A stretch of 64,000 nucleotides of DNA, taken from positions 244,094,001 through 244,158,000 of the forward strand of contig NW_027362773.1 of NCBI RefSeq assembly GCF_046119375.1, given 5' to 3'. The position numbers were made by a program, and so were the translations under genes. This DNA is from Phyllobates terribilis (taxonomy: Eukaryota). The notes below the pieces were generated by a model. It saw only the letters and a program-made list of their open reading frames with translations, was not told where the DNA came from and made no database searches. Shown here piece after piece: positions 24,704 through 36,946 of this stretch (positions within the stretch are counted from its first letter, which is position 1; every line of letters begins with the position of its first letter).

Positions 24704-26198
24704 TGCTCAAAAAATAAAGGGAACACTCAAATAACACATCCTAGATCTGAATGAATGAAATATTCTCATTAAATACTTTGTTCTGTACAAAGTTGAATGT
24801 GCTGACAACAAAATCACACAAAAATCATCAATGGAAATCAAATGTATTAACCAATGGAGGCCTGGATTTAGAGTCACCCCCAAAATTAAAGAGGAAAAAC
24901 ACACTACAGGCTGATCCAACTTTGATGTAATGTCCTTAAAACAAGTCAAAATGAGGCTCAGTATTGTGTGTGCCCTCCATGTGCCTGTATGACCTCCCTA
25001 CAACGCCTGGGCATGCTCCTGGACAGTCTGTGGTGCAACATGACGTTGGTGGATAGAGCGAGACATGATGTCCCAGATGTGCTCAATCGGATTCAGGTCT
25101 GGGGAACGGGCGGGCCAGTCCATAGTTTCAATGCTTTCATCTTGCAGGAACTGCTGACACACTCCAGCCACATGAGATCTGGCATTGTCCTGCATTAGGA
25201 GGAACCCAGGGCCAACTGCACCAGTATATGGTCTCACAAGGGGTTTGAGGATCTCATCTCGGTACCTAATGGCAGTCAGGCTACCTCTGGCGAGCACATG
25301 GAGGGCTGTGCGGCCCTCCAAAGAAATGCCACCCCACACCATTACTGACCCACTGCCAAACCGGTCATGTTGAAGGATGTTGCAGACAGCAGATCGCTCT
25401 CCACGGCGTCTCCAGACTCTGTCACGTCTGTCACATGTGCTCAGTGTGAACCTGCTTTCAGATGTGAAGAGCACAGGGTGCCAGTGGCGACTTTGCCAAT
25501 CCTGGTGTTCTGTGGCCAATGCCAAGCGTCCTGCACGGTGTTGGGCTGTGAGCACAACCCCCATCTGTGGACGTCGGGCCCTCATACCACCCTCATGGAG
25601 TCGGTTTCTAACCGTTTGTGCAGACATGCACGTTTGTAGCCTGCTGGAGGTCGTTTTGCAGGGCTCTGGCACTGCTCCTCCTGTTCCTCCTTGCACAAAG
25701 GAGGAGGTAACGGTCCTGCTGCTGGGTTGTTGCCCTCCTATGGTCCCTCCACATCTCCTGGTATCTTCTCCATGCTCTGGACACTGTGCTGACAGACACA
25801 GCTACCCTTCTTGCCACAGCTCACACTGATGTGCCATCCTGGATGAGCTGCACCACCTGAGTAACTTCTGTGGGTTGTACTGTAGACACCCCCTCAGTCT
25901 ACTGTATGTCTAGGGGTGAGAGCAATGGCAAAATGAAAAAGTGACCAAAACAACAGCCAAAAAGGATGAGAACAGAGAAGTGGTCTGGTCACCACCTGCA
26001 GAACCACTCCTTTATAGGGGGTATCTTGCTAATTGTCTATCATTTCTACCAGTTGTCTGTTCCATTTGCACAACAGCAGGAGAAATTGATTCACAATCAG
26101 TGTTTCTTCATAACTGGACAGGTAGATTTCACAGAAGTGTGATTGACTTGGAGTTACATTGTGTTGTTTAAGTGTTCCCTTTATTTTTTTGAGCAGTG
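24701..26198 (-). mobile_element. Complete Tc1 (DD34E) element with short TIRs, mutated transposase
   Basis: TA-CACTGCTCAAAAAATAAAGGGAACACT...AGTGTTCCCTTTATTTTTTTGAGCAGTG-TA. The 232-aa ORF has FTSESRF (first D lost), MQDNARSH and [13 protein letters not shown]. The N-terminus is frameshifted. Confidence 0.95.
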
Positions 26199-26817
26199 TA
26201 TATATTTTATTTTTATATGGAGGTCTAATAATGACATATATACCATTGTATTGCAACCATGAAAAGCTGTCTGATGTGCTATTCTATACAGGTAAAAAGA
26301 TGGAAACCTTGACATACACTGCTGAATGGAGGCTGCAATACCCTCTCATTGGTTATTGTTGAAGGGTCTTTGGATGTGTTGCCCTATGTCACAGGAGCTT
26401 TCCCAGTGTTTATTGTAAGAACATTTAAAAATAAAGAAATGTGGTATGAAAATCCTTTGACTTTGTCTACTTCCGCTCATGTACACGAGACTTTTCTGCC
26501 TGTGTCAGCCCCTGCACAGAACTGGACAGACAATCCTCCATTGTGATTTCTATGTCCAACACGTTTTCAGCCCTGTAAATTGCCAGCAGCAAAGCTTGAA
26601 ATGAAGACCTGGGATAAGTCTAGAGCTTGAAAACACACGAGACACATTCATCATTGAATTTGAGGATTTTTCTCTTGTCTCTATACAAGTCCAAATCAAA
26701 GAGAGCCGCAGTAGGGATGAGTGGACCCACTAAGAGTTCAGGCTCTGGTACAAGAACTTGACTCAAACTTGAACAAAAAGTGACTTAAAAACCCCGCAAA
26801 TGGTGAATCAGGCACAA

Positions 26818-27505
26818 AGAGACTGTCCGGTGCGGCCCCCTCCCACATGGGGAGCTGAAGATTAGAGACTGTCCGGTGCGGCCCCCTCCCACATGGGGAG
26901 CTGAAGATTAGAGACTGTCCGGTGCGGCCCCCTCCCACATGGGGAGCTGAGGATTAGAGACTGTCCGGTGCGGCCCCCTCCCACATGGGGAGCTGAGGAT
27001 TAGAGACTGTCCGGTGCGGCCCCCTCCCACATGAGGAGCTGAGGATTAGAGACTGTCCGGTGCGGCCCCCTCCCACATGGGGAGCTGAGGATTAGAGACT
27101 GTCTGGTGCGGCCCCCTCCCACATGGGGAGTTGAGGATTAGAGACTGTCTGGTGCGGCCCCCTCCCACATGGGGAGCTGAGGATTAGAGACTGTCTGGTG
27201 CGGCCCCCTCCCACATGGGGAGCTGAGGATTAGAGACTGTCCGGTGCGGCCCCCTCCCACATGAGGAGCTGAGGATTAGAGACTGTCCGGTGTGGCCCCC
27301 TCCCACATGGGGAGCTGAGGATTAGAGACTGTCCGGTGCGGCCCCCTCCCACATGAGGAGCTGAGGATTAGAGACTGTCCGGTGCGGCCCCCTCCCACAT
27401 GAGGAGCTGAGGATTAGAGACTGTCCGGTGTGGCCCCCTCCCACATGGGGAGCTGAGGATTAGAGACTGTCCGGTGCGGCCCCCTCCCACATGGGGAGCT
27501 GAGGA
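26818..27505. repeat. 46-bp minisatellite, ~15 near-identical copies
   Basis: Unit GAGACTGTCCGGTGCGGCCCCCTCCCACATGGGGAGCTGAGGATTA. Confidence 0.97.
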
Positions 27506-28004
27506 CTTTGCTTCTATGGACACTTGTCATCCTCGTGCATGATCGGCCGGCACTATGCTCGTGTACCGAATAGAGTTGGCGCCAGTCGATTTGCAGGACC
27601 CGGGCCAGTGGCCACGGCAGTGAGAACCGCCTCTTATCTGGCGGCATTCGTGGCTGTTCTTCTGATTAGCCGGCCTGGCATGACATCGAAGGTTATGGCA
27701 TAACACGCGGGTGACGTCATGTGAGGCCGGCTAATCAGAAGAACATCCAGAGACCACAGATCACTGTCGTGGATCACTGGCAGGGTACGCTGCTTGTATA
27801 ATACAGGGGGTCTGTGCGCCCACTGTGGGTTCCAAAAGCCCCAATAGACCTTATAGAAACAGGTTTCTCTTGGAGAGACAATTTTAATGTAAATTCTTGT
27901 GATTATAGCCCTATATGATGTCATTTCACATGATAGAAGCCCCGCTAAATAATACCTCAGCAAGGAGGTAGGAAAAAATCTAGTAAGGAGCCATTTTCTA
28001 GCAT

Positions 28005-28330
28005 GAGAGCGCCGCTAGGGGTCAGTGTATATCTGGCGCTCGCTTATGTCTCCGTCGCTTTCTCGTCTGTCCCGCGCGGCTGCTCTCGTTCGTTCCTGTG
28101 TCTGTTGCTTGTGCTCGTTCCTGGAGCTGCGGAAGGGAGACCGGAGAGGTGAGTATGTGCGGCCCGGAGTCACCGCCGCCTGCCGCGGCCGGGGGAGGGC
28201 GCCCTGCGGCTGCAATCAGGGCCGTGTGTCGCCTGTAGGCTCCGTGCCTCGCTTTCCGTTGTGCTGCATGAATGGAGACAATGCGCAGCGCGGCCGGGGC
28301 CATGTGTGGAGGACCCCCACTGGGCATTAC
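28005..28330 (+). promoter_or_regulatory. CpG-island promoter and non-coding exon 1 of the unidentified plus-strand gene
   Basis: CpG-dense unique sequence with a pyrimidine-rich 5'-UTR-like tract ending in a consensus donor GAG|GTGAGT at 28149. Confidence 0.75.
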
Positions 28331-29639
28331 TCTGGGGGGGCATTCAACCCCTTAGCGCTGTTTGTGCTGTCATTTCCCTCCCTGCTGCCAGGAGCCATTA
28401 CTCTTATTTTCGGGCTTATTTATTTGCAGGACAGGTTCTAGTTTTAAGCGACACCATGTAAAGCGCTGCAAAATGGGGGGGGGAGTTCCAAGTGCACAAC
28501 CCCGCCATTGTTTTAGGGTTTGTATTGTGTTCATCTTGCAGTAAAACAAACACAAAAAATGACCTTTATTTTTATTTATTTTTTTGCTGCTACACCTCCA
28601 CCAAAAAATGCAACAGAAAGTGATCAGTACATTGTTTATATATCAAAATGGTGTCCGTAAGAGCCAGCTCAGCGCACACTAAAGTAACCGAAAGTTATGG
28701 GTCGTGGAAAGGCCTAGAAATATATTGGCAAAAAAAACAACACCATCTATGTAATCAGGTGCAAAACATTTCTGTATGGCGCCCAATCAACAACGGTGCT
28801 GCGAAACAAAATGGCTCCGTCTCACCCCAGAGGTGTCAGTGGAGACGGTCACTGAGGAAACAGGAGCAGCAGGCGACAGCGTTAGTCCTACAATGTCCTG
28901 TTGTAGGTCCAAGGTATCACTTGGATGCCAGACACATTTACTAATGGTCTTTCACTAACAGTCTTGCCCACCCTACAAGTACACTCCCCCACTACATCGG
29001 GGGCGAAACGCACCAGGAGAATTATATAGGGATATTTTCAAGTTGACAGGACTACTTGGCTACTATCCTTCTGAGGACTTGAGTCCCTACATGGGGCAAT
29101 ATTGCATATATATGAACATTTTTTATTTATTTTTTTAACATAGTTCACTGAAGGGGTTTCCTAGTCTGACCATTTTATAGATCGGGTCATTCTGGACACA
29201 GTGATACTAAATATGTGTATTTTTTCTGTTTATTTTGGGTTTTACATAAATATATGCATTTATTTGTATATATTCTTTAAGAGAGATATATAATTTTTTT
29301 TTTTTTTTTTTTCCCCCAACTCTGATTGCTGGTATAATACACTGCAATGCATTATACCTGACTGAAGCCTCTTAAGCCATGCTCTGGACATGGTCTAAGC
29401 AGGCCTCCATAGCTGAGCTGACCGATCAGGAGGTTATCATGTGACCTCCTTCTGTCATGGCGACCATTGGGCCCCTCTGCAATGACATCAGTGGGGCGCC
29501 GATCGGACAGGAGAGGGCGCCCCCTCCCTCTACATGTCTAAATGCTGCGATCACAGCATTTAGGTGGTTAAACAGCCCAGGGTGGTGCGTCACTGCTCCC
29601 AGCAGTAATAGCCGTGTCTCAGCTATCATTTAAGCTGAG

Positions 29640-30290
29640 CTCCTGGTGGCGATCGTGCGGGCATCGGTCCTGGCAGTGACAGCCATTCCTCAGCTGTCAC
29701 TTGTGCTGAGATCCTGGCGGCGATCGTGCGGGCACCGCTCCTGGCAGTGACAGCCGGGCCTCAGCTATTACTTGTGCTGCGATCCTGGCGGCGATCGTGC
29801 GGGCACCGGTCCTGGCAGTGACAGCCGGACCTCAGCTATCACTTGTGCTGAGATCCTGGCGGCGATCGTACGGGCACCGCTCCTGGCAGTGGCAGCCGGG
29901 CCTCAGCTATCACTTGTGCTGCGATTGCGTGGGCACCGGTCCTGGCAGTGACAGCCGGGCCTCAGCTATCACTTGTGCTGAGATCCTGGCGGCGATCGTA
30001 CGGGCACCGCTCCTGGCAGTGACAGCCGGGCCTCAGCTATCACTTGTGCTGCGATCCTGGCGGCGATCGTGCGGGCACCGGTCCTGGCAGTGACAGCCGG
30101 GCCTCAGCTATCACTTGTGCTGAGATCCTGGCGGCGATCGTACGGGCACCGCTCCTGGCAGTGGCAGCCGGGCCTCAGCTATCACTTGTGCTGCGATCGC
30201 GTGGGCACCGGTCCTGGCAGTGACAGCCGGGCCTCAGCTATCACTTGTGCTGAGATCCTGGCGGCGATTGTGCGGGCACCGCTCTTGTGC
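29640..30290. repeat. 71-bp GC-rich minisatellite with a 272-bp higher-order unit (71,71,71,59), embedded in a larger non-autonomous element
   Basis: Unit starts at 29708, 29779, 29850, 29921, 29980, 30051, 30122, 30193 and 30252. Confidence 0.95.
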
Positions 30291-32540
30291 TTTTATGATC
30301 GCCAGGACATACCAGTGCATCCATTTACGGGAATGCACTGCAAAATAGGATGTACTGGTATGTCCAATGTCGGGAAGGGGTTAATGTACATAGGATATAG
30401 ACTAAAACCTAACTTATCTCTCATTGCTGCTGGCACCTACTGATTAGTCAGTCATTCCTACCTTCTTCAATTAGGGTTTCTTTTACTTGTCTTGGAAAGT
30501 GGCACCAAACTTTTTTTTTTTTTTGCTATTTTCTGAGACCACAACATTTTTTTTTTTTTTTTTTTATTATTATTATTCTTCCATCAATAGAGCTGCGTGA
30601 GGGCTTATTTTTTGTTTGCCAAAGTGACGCTTTGATATCATTTTGAGGAACATTTATGAGAATAAAATGACAAAATTGGGCACATTTCAGACTTTTGAGG
30701 TTATGCTCCCATGATGAGCTTTTGCAGAGTTTTTGACGCTGCTGAATTTCTGCACCTATTATTGAAATTGGGTAACTTGTGGGTTTTGTGTGCGTTTTTA
30801 TTGCTTTTTTTTGATGCTGCGTTTTTTGTCTCTTGTTGTCATGCTTTAAATAAAGCTGCTTTGTTTTTGATACTTCCTGGTATTTGACGAAACTTTATTG
30901 ATCTACTTAGATGCGGATTACATGCGATATTGATGCGTTTCTCCACAGAGATGCACTAAAACCACACTTGCATTTTTACCTGTGGATTTTCCGTATCTCA
31001 TTTAAATCAATGGGGAAAATCCGCACAGAAAACTCAGCGTACCCCCAAGAGAAATTGTCATGCTGCGGATTTGAAACCCGCACCGCAGGTCAGTTTACTG
31101 TGAGTAAAATAAAAGCACAGTGGTCAGGAGATTTCTATAAATCCCATCCACTTTGCTGGAACTGCAAGAAAAATATACCCAGCCACAAAAATACACTAAA
31201 GTTCATTATGAGAACGTAGCCTGTTTTTACCATTTTTTTTAATCCAGATGGTCACACTGCACAAATGAGTTAATAACCGCTCCCTGTGTCTGCTTTACAT
31301 CAGCACCATTTGTCAGTGTCTTTTTATTTTGTTATGATGTTAGGTTGTTTAAAAGACATTGCAACAATTTACTGAGACCACAGGGGTGAGGGGTGGGGGT
31401 CCTGACCTGAACGAACGGTCTCATATGCCTACGAGGGTCTAAGTTTGGGTCAGGATACTCACAAATGATTCGAGCATTGTTCTCTGTGTATGGACATCTG
31501 TATTCAGCTTTACTATAAGCTTGAGCATTCATAAAGACCCAGAATTATTTATTTTGTGTTAGGGGCGCAGTGTAATGGGGTGTTTTAATAAGACTTATTA
31601 ACCTTACAATATAATGGGTTTTCTTTCTCCGAGCCTCAGCATTTCAAATACAAATCTGGTAGTATTAGAGAAGACTGGTACAAGAAGGGAGTCAATATGT
31701 CAGTCTATGTAGATATATCTTTTCCCAATATTTAACCCTCTCTGTCTAGATAAGGTAACACAGCCATGTTTACTGCATAGATAGGTGCTCTATGAAGCCC
31801 AGATAGCAAACGGTCATTTCACCGTTATTACTAAAGTACGGCACTGATAAATTCCAATTGTGGCTTTCAGTCCCCTAGTCTAATCTATTAAATATGTAAG
31901 AAGTAGTTAAAACATGTAAAACAAAGATTTAATTATTAAATTTTTTTGTTTGGTTTTTAGTTTATAGTGTTTGGCTGTCTATTTGTAGTGACCGCCGCAG
32001 GGTACTACACATCCGCCTCCTATTCCATTCAACGGGAGGCGGATGTGCAGTACCACCCAGTGGCCACTACAACTAGACGGCCAAGTTCAGCAAGTAAGTA
32101 CTTCTGGCCAGCAGCACCAATAACTGCTGATCGACAGAAAAATAAAAAAGTTATGGCTCTGGGAAGAAGGGGAGCAAAAAACTAAAATGCAGAGGCACAA
32201 AATCTCAAGGTCATGAAGAGGTTAAAGAAGGCCTCCCATCAAAATTGTTATCCTCTTACTATATTGCAGTCATCATATTATATAGCACTGTGGAGTCAGT
32301 AAGCCAAACCTCTGACTCCTCTATTTCCCTTACTCCGACTCCCACATATATTGCTTATATTTAATTGAAAAATGTATTGTAGTACAATGTGAACATCAGA
32401 CATTTAATCATTTTTATGATACAATAATAAAGATATTTAGATAGAACATAATATATATTGGAATACAACTTTAGAACACAAAAAACTGTATTAAATTGTA
32501 AATATGTAATACACTATGTAATATCGAATATATATATATA

Positions 32541-34142
32541 TATTATAGACCAAAAGTTTGGACACACCTTCTCATTTAAAGATTTTTCTATATTTTCATG
32601 ACTTTGAAAATTGTACATTCACACTGAAGGCATCAAAGCTATGAATTAACACATGTGGAATTATATACTTAACAAAAAAGTGTGAAACAACTGAAAATAT
32701 GTCTTATATTCTAGGTTCTTCAAAGTAGCCACCTTTTGCTTTGATGACTGCTTTGCACGCTCTTGGCATTCTCTTGATGAGCTTCAAGAGGTAGTCACCG
32801 GAAATGGTTTTCACTTCACAGGTGTGCCCTGTCAGGTTTAATAAGTGGGATTTCTTGCCTTATAAGTGGGGTTGGGACCATCAGTTGTGTTGTGCAGAAG
32901 TCTTGTGGATACACAGCTGATAGTCCTACTGAATAGACTGTTAGAATTTGTATTATGGCAAGAAAAAAGCAGCTAAGTAAAGAAAAACGAGTGCCCATCA
33001 TTACTTTAAGAAATGAAGGTCAGTCAGTCCAAAAAATTGGGCAAGCTTTGAAAGTGTCCCCAAGTGCAGTTGCAAAACCCATCAAGCGCTACAAAGAAAC
33101 TGGCTCACATGAGGACCGCCCCAGGAAAGGAAGACCAAGAGTCACATCTGCTTCTGAGGATAAGTTTATCCGAGTCACCAGCCTCAGAAATCGCAGGTTA
33201 ACAGCAGCTCAGACTAGAGACCAGGTCAATGCCACACAGAGTTCTAGCAGCAGACACATCTCTTCAACAACTGTTAAGAGGAGACTTTGTGCAGCAGGCC
33301 TTCATGGTAAAATAGCTGCTAGGAAACCACTGCTAAGGACAGGCAACAAGCAGAAGAGACTTGTTTGGGCTAAAGAACACAAGGAATGGACATTAGACCA
33401 GTGGAAATCTGTGCTTTGGTCTGATGAGTCCAAATTTGAGATCTCTGGTTCCAACCACCGTGTCTTTGTGCGACGCAGAAAACGGATGGACTCTACATGC
33501 CTGGTTCCCACTGTGAAGCATGGAGGAGGAGGTGTGGTGGTGTGGGGGTGCTTTGCTGGTGACACTGTTGGGGATTTATTCAAAATTGAAGGCATACTGA
33601 ACCAGCATGGCTACCACAGCATCTTGCAGCGGCATGCTATTCCATCCGGTTTGCGTTTAGTTGGACCATCATTTATTTTTCAACAGAAAAATGACCCCAA
33701 ACACACCTCCAGGCTGTGTAAGGGCTATTTGACCAAGAAGGAGAGTGATGGGGTGCTACGCCAGATGACCTGGCCTCCACAGTCACCAGACCTGAACCCA
33801 ATCAAGATGGTTTGGGGTGAGCTGGACCGCAGAGTGAAGGCAAAAGGGCCAACAAGTGCTAAGCATCTCTGGCAACTCCTTCAAGATTGTTGGAAGACCA
33901 TTTCCGGTGACTACCTCTTGAAGCTCATCAAGAGAATACCAAGAGCGTGCAAAGCAGTCATCAAAGCAAAAGGTGGCTACTTTGAAGAACCTAGAATATA
34001 AGACATATTTTCAGTTGTTTCACACTTTTTTGTTAAGTATATAATTCCACATGTGTTAATTCATAGTTTTGATGCCTTCAGTGTGAATGTACAATTTTCA
34101 AAGTCATGAAAATACAGAAAAATCTTTAAATGAGAAGGTGTG
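32541..34142 (+). mobile_element. Tc1-like transposon with DD38E (Intruder-type) spacing; right TIR runs into the N gap
   Basis: TIR ..AGACCAAAAGTTTGGACACACC inserted in a (TA)n tract. The internal inverted repeats at ~32550-32720 and ~33990-34142 match. Confidence 0.92.
32955..34001 (+). CDS. Full-length 348-aa Tc1-like transposase, predicted catalytically dead
   Basis: The frame is open, with paired-like HTH, GRPR and WSDESKF. The second D and the E are both Lys (FQQKNDPKH; PDLNPIKMVW), with 38 residues between these positions. Confidence 0.9.
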   Translation: MARKKQLSKEKRVPIITLRNEGQSVQKIGQALKVSPSAVAKPIKRYKETGSHEDRPRKGRPRVTSASEDKFIRVTSLRNRRLTAAQTRDQVNATQSSSSRHISSTTVKRRLCAAGLHGKIAARKPLLRTGNKQKRLVWAKEHKEWTLDQWKSVLWSDESKFEISGSNHRVFVRRRKRMDSTCLVPTVKHGGGGVVVWGCFAGDTVGDLFKIEGILNQHGYHSILQRHAIPSGLRLVGPSFIFQQKNDPKHTSRLCKGYLTKKESDGVLRQMTWPPQSPDLNPIKMVWGELDRRVKAKGPTSAKHLWQLLQDCWKTISGDYLLKLIKRIPRACKAVIKAKGGYFEEPRI

Positions 34143-34284
34143 NNNNNNNNNNNNNNNNNNNNNNNNNNNNNNNNNNNNNNNNNNNNNNNNNNNNNNNNNN
34201 NNNNNNNNNNNNNNNNNNNNNNNNNNNNNNNNNNNNNNNNNNNNNNNNNNNNNNNNNNNNNNNNNNNNNNNNNNNNNNNNNNNN
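34143..34284. other. Assembly gap (N run)
   Basis: Run of n bases. Confidence 1.
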
Positions 34285-34319
34285 NCAGTTTTCAACAAAA
34301 ACATACTAAATAACATTTG

Positions 34320-36861
34320 TGCAGTCTATGAATTTGTTCTAAGAAATAGTATCGCCTCCAACAGATCCTACTTCATAGATGACCTCAAATCTGACCTAAT
34401 AATTTAAAGGCTAGAGAACAACCTCTCTACACTGACTTGGGTTGGAGGCAAAGCCGTAACCACATGGGCAACATCTCTAACAATTTCCGGGTATGAAGGA
34501 ATTGCCTCGTGCACAGTCGGTTTTGATGAACGGTTTAATTTTTCTATTTCTTTGAGAGCAAGTGAAACATTTTGAACTCCTCATCTGATGAGGATGAAGA
34601 TATGGCAGCAGTAGCACTGTCAGGACCCAAGTCCTCTTGCGCCTGGCAGTCCTCCTGTAGGCCGCTCATCCTAACTGCTACCTCAGTCAGAGCTTCTTTT
34701 CCTTTAGTAAGCTGTTGATCATCAAGCAGTATACGATGACTTGGGTTCACATAAACAGCTGCCAGAAAATTTTTATTTTCCAATAGCTGTGTCTCTCTCC
34801 TTTTCATTGAAGCAGAAATGCCATCTGCGATTAAACCTCCTCTTTGGGACAGGCAAAATAGCAAGTTCTTCCACTCCCTTATGAAAATGCCAGGAGTTAA
34901 ATCCTCAGCTTGTAATTTTTTAGTCATGGTAAATGGGTGATTAAGCAATTCCTTCAATTCAGCCACCTGTGTCCATTGACCTTCATTTAGGGTTACTTGA
35001 GGGTCCGCCATATCTATAAGAAACTGTTTTAGTTCAAGCAATCGCTCAATCATTAAATAAGTGCTGCCCCACCGAGTGGCTTGATCGACAATTGCCCCTT
35101 TCCCAGCACGTCTCTTCAAGATGGAATCAGTTTTAGGGGTTCTGGTGGCAATAACCAATTTCCTCACTTTTCCAATCAGATTTCCAGCATGTCCCTCTTG
35201 CAGACTATCTCGTATTGCCAGCTGCAGCGTGTGCATAACACAGCGCATGTGATGAGTAGGAAAGTGTTTTTAAGCAGCTTCATCTATTTCTAAAGTATAA
35301 TTTTGCTGTTCTTCTGTTGTAATATCTGTTTGTTCCTCAGTTACATGAACAGCACTGTGGCCTTCCATCTCAAACATACTGAATCCTACATTTTCTTCTA
35401 GCTGTTGTTCATTACTCTCATTCATCAGTTTAATTGTACTTATCATGTTTGAAGCATTGTCTGTTACAATAGCAAGAACCTGTTCTTTCTTGAGTTCGTA
35501 ATCTTGCAGAACTTTTTCCACTAAGGCCTGGAGAAACTGGCTGGTGTGAGGAGCTTTAGGATCTTTTACTGCTAGTGTCTTGGTAACAATTTCTTCGTCA
35601 CAAACATATCGAACATTGATGGCAAAATAGTTCACTCTGTGACGTGTGCCGGCATCCATTTTAAGAAACATGAAGCGTCTTTTCAGAGTCTTTTTAAGAT
35701 CTTCCTTTTGTTTAAGGGCTTCTTCAATCACTAATTTTCTAATACTTTCTCTTTCCAGAGAAACGCTAAGTTTGCGGGCCATTTCTCCATTAAGAGCTGT
35801 AAAAGTTGGTCGTGCAAATAATGATAATGGTATACCGTCCTTCACAACAAGCTGTATGAGCTGTCTTTTAAACATATCTGCTGTCATTGTTAGAGTAAAT
35901 GCCCCGTCACACTTGTCGGGATCGTTGCAGCGTCGCTAACAATACGACCTGTCAGGGATCGTTGCTGCGTCGCTATCTGATCGCTGGTGAGCTGTCAAAC
36001 AGGCAGGCTCACCAACCATCAGGGGAGCAGCGACATCGTGGAAAGAATCTTTCCACGATGTCCTGCTCCTGGTTACGAGCCTGCTGAAGCAGGAGCAGGC
36101 TGGTAACCATGATAAACATTGGGTTACTAGGGGCACACGCGCACCTAGTAACCCGTTGTTTATCATGGTTACCACTCTGCTACGGTGAGCGGGAGGTTAC
36201 CGCTCACTTTAGCAGGCTCGTAACCATGATAAACAACTGGTTACTAGGTGCGCGTGTGCCCCTAGTAACCCGATGTTTATCATGGTTACCAGCCTGATCG
36301 CTGCTCCCGATGGTCACACACAGCGATGTGTGCTGACCAGCGGGAGAGCAACGACCAAAAAATGGTCCAGGACTCTTTGCAGCGATCAGCGACCTCACAG
36401 CAGGGGCCTGATCGCTGCAAAGTGTCACACATAGCGACATCACTGGTGAGGTCGCTGTTGCGTCACCAAAACCGTGACACAGCAGCGATCTCGCTAGCGA
36501 TTACACTGTGAGACGGGGGCTTAACTTTGTCACTTACAAGATATCTTATTAATGATGTTTGAGAGGCTCTTTCCTCCTTTGCCTGGCAGGAAGTGCTGGG
36601 CGCAGGTTTCTTGGTGCTGCTGTTATCTTTCTCAGTCACAGCTTTGAAAACTTCTGGGTGGAAGCGTTGTAAATGTCTTTTTAGATTGGAAGCTCTTGTA
36701 GGAGCATTTTTATCACTGCCTGAGTATGCACTGGTTTTGGCATCACAGCATTTGTTTTCCTCTGGGTCACTTGTCATACATTGACACCCAAAATATTTTT
36801 CATCTTGAGTCACTGTGAAATGCTCAAACACAGTTGACTACACGGGGAGCTTCTTAGACAT
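34320..36861 (-). pseudogene. hAT transposase pseudogene (BED finger, catalytic and dimerization domains)
   Basis: Fragments: BED finger (CQC..SNLKRHLQRFH), FLKMDAGT, IVTDNASNM, RCVMHTLQLAI (CxxH), TRWGSTYLM and PPTQVSVERLFS. It is disrupted by a stop, frameshifts and a MITE at 35899-36521. Confidence 0.93.
35899..36521. mobile_element. Foldback MITE, copy 2, inserted in the hAT transposase CDS
   Basis: TAA duplication (35896-35898 / 36522-36524). Removing it restores the in-frame ..VSDKV-TLTMTAD.. Same family as 8228-8840. Confidence 0.9.
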
Positions 36862-36946
36862 TTTGTAATCATATAAATTCACTCTCAAAGTATTGTCCTA
36901 TAAAATAATGTATATTATAATTCCAGCAAGAACAGGGAACCATGTA

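Noticed and set aside
26818-27505. CRISPR-like appearance of regularly spaced repeats (also 29640-30290 and 47437-48260)
   Set aside because: The units are contiguous with no unique spacers, there are no cas genes, and the context is eukaryotic.
28022-28441. ORFs of 101-138 aa at the second CpG island
   Set aside because: They cross a consensus splice donor and are GC-driven, and are better explained as a non-coding exon 1 plus intron.
29797-30443. Repetitive ORFs RAPVLAVTAGPQLSLVLR
   Set aside because: They are minisatellite translation artefacts.
34087-34407. ORFs containing X runs
   Set aside because: They span the assembly gap.
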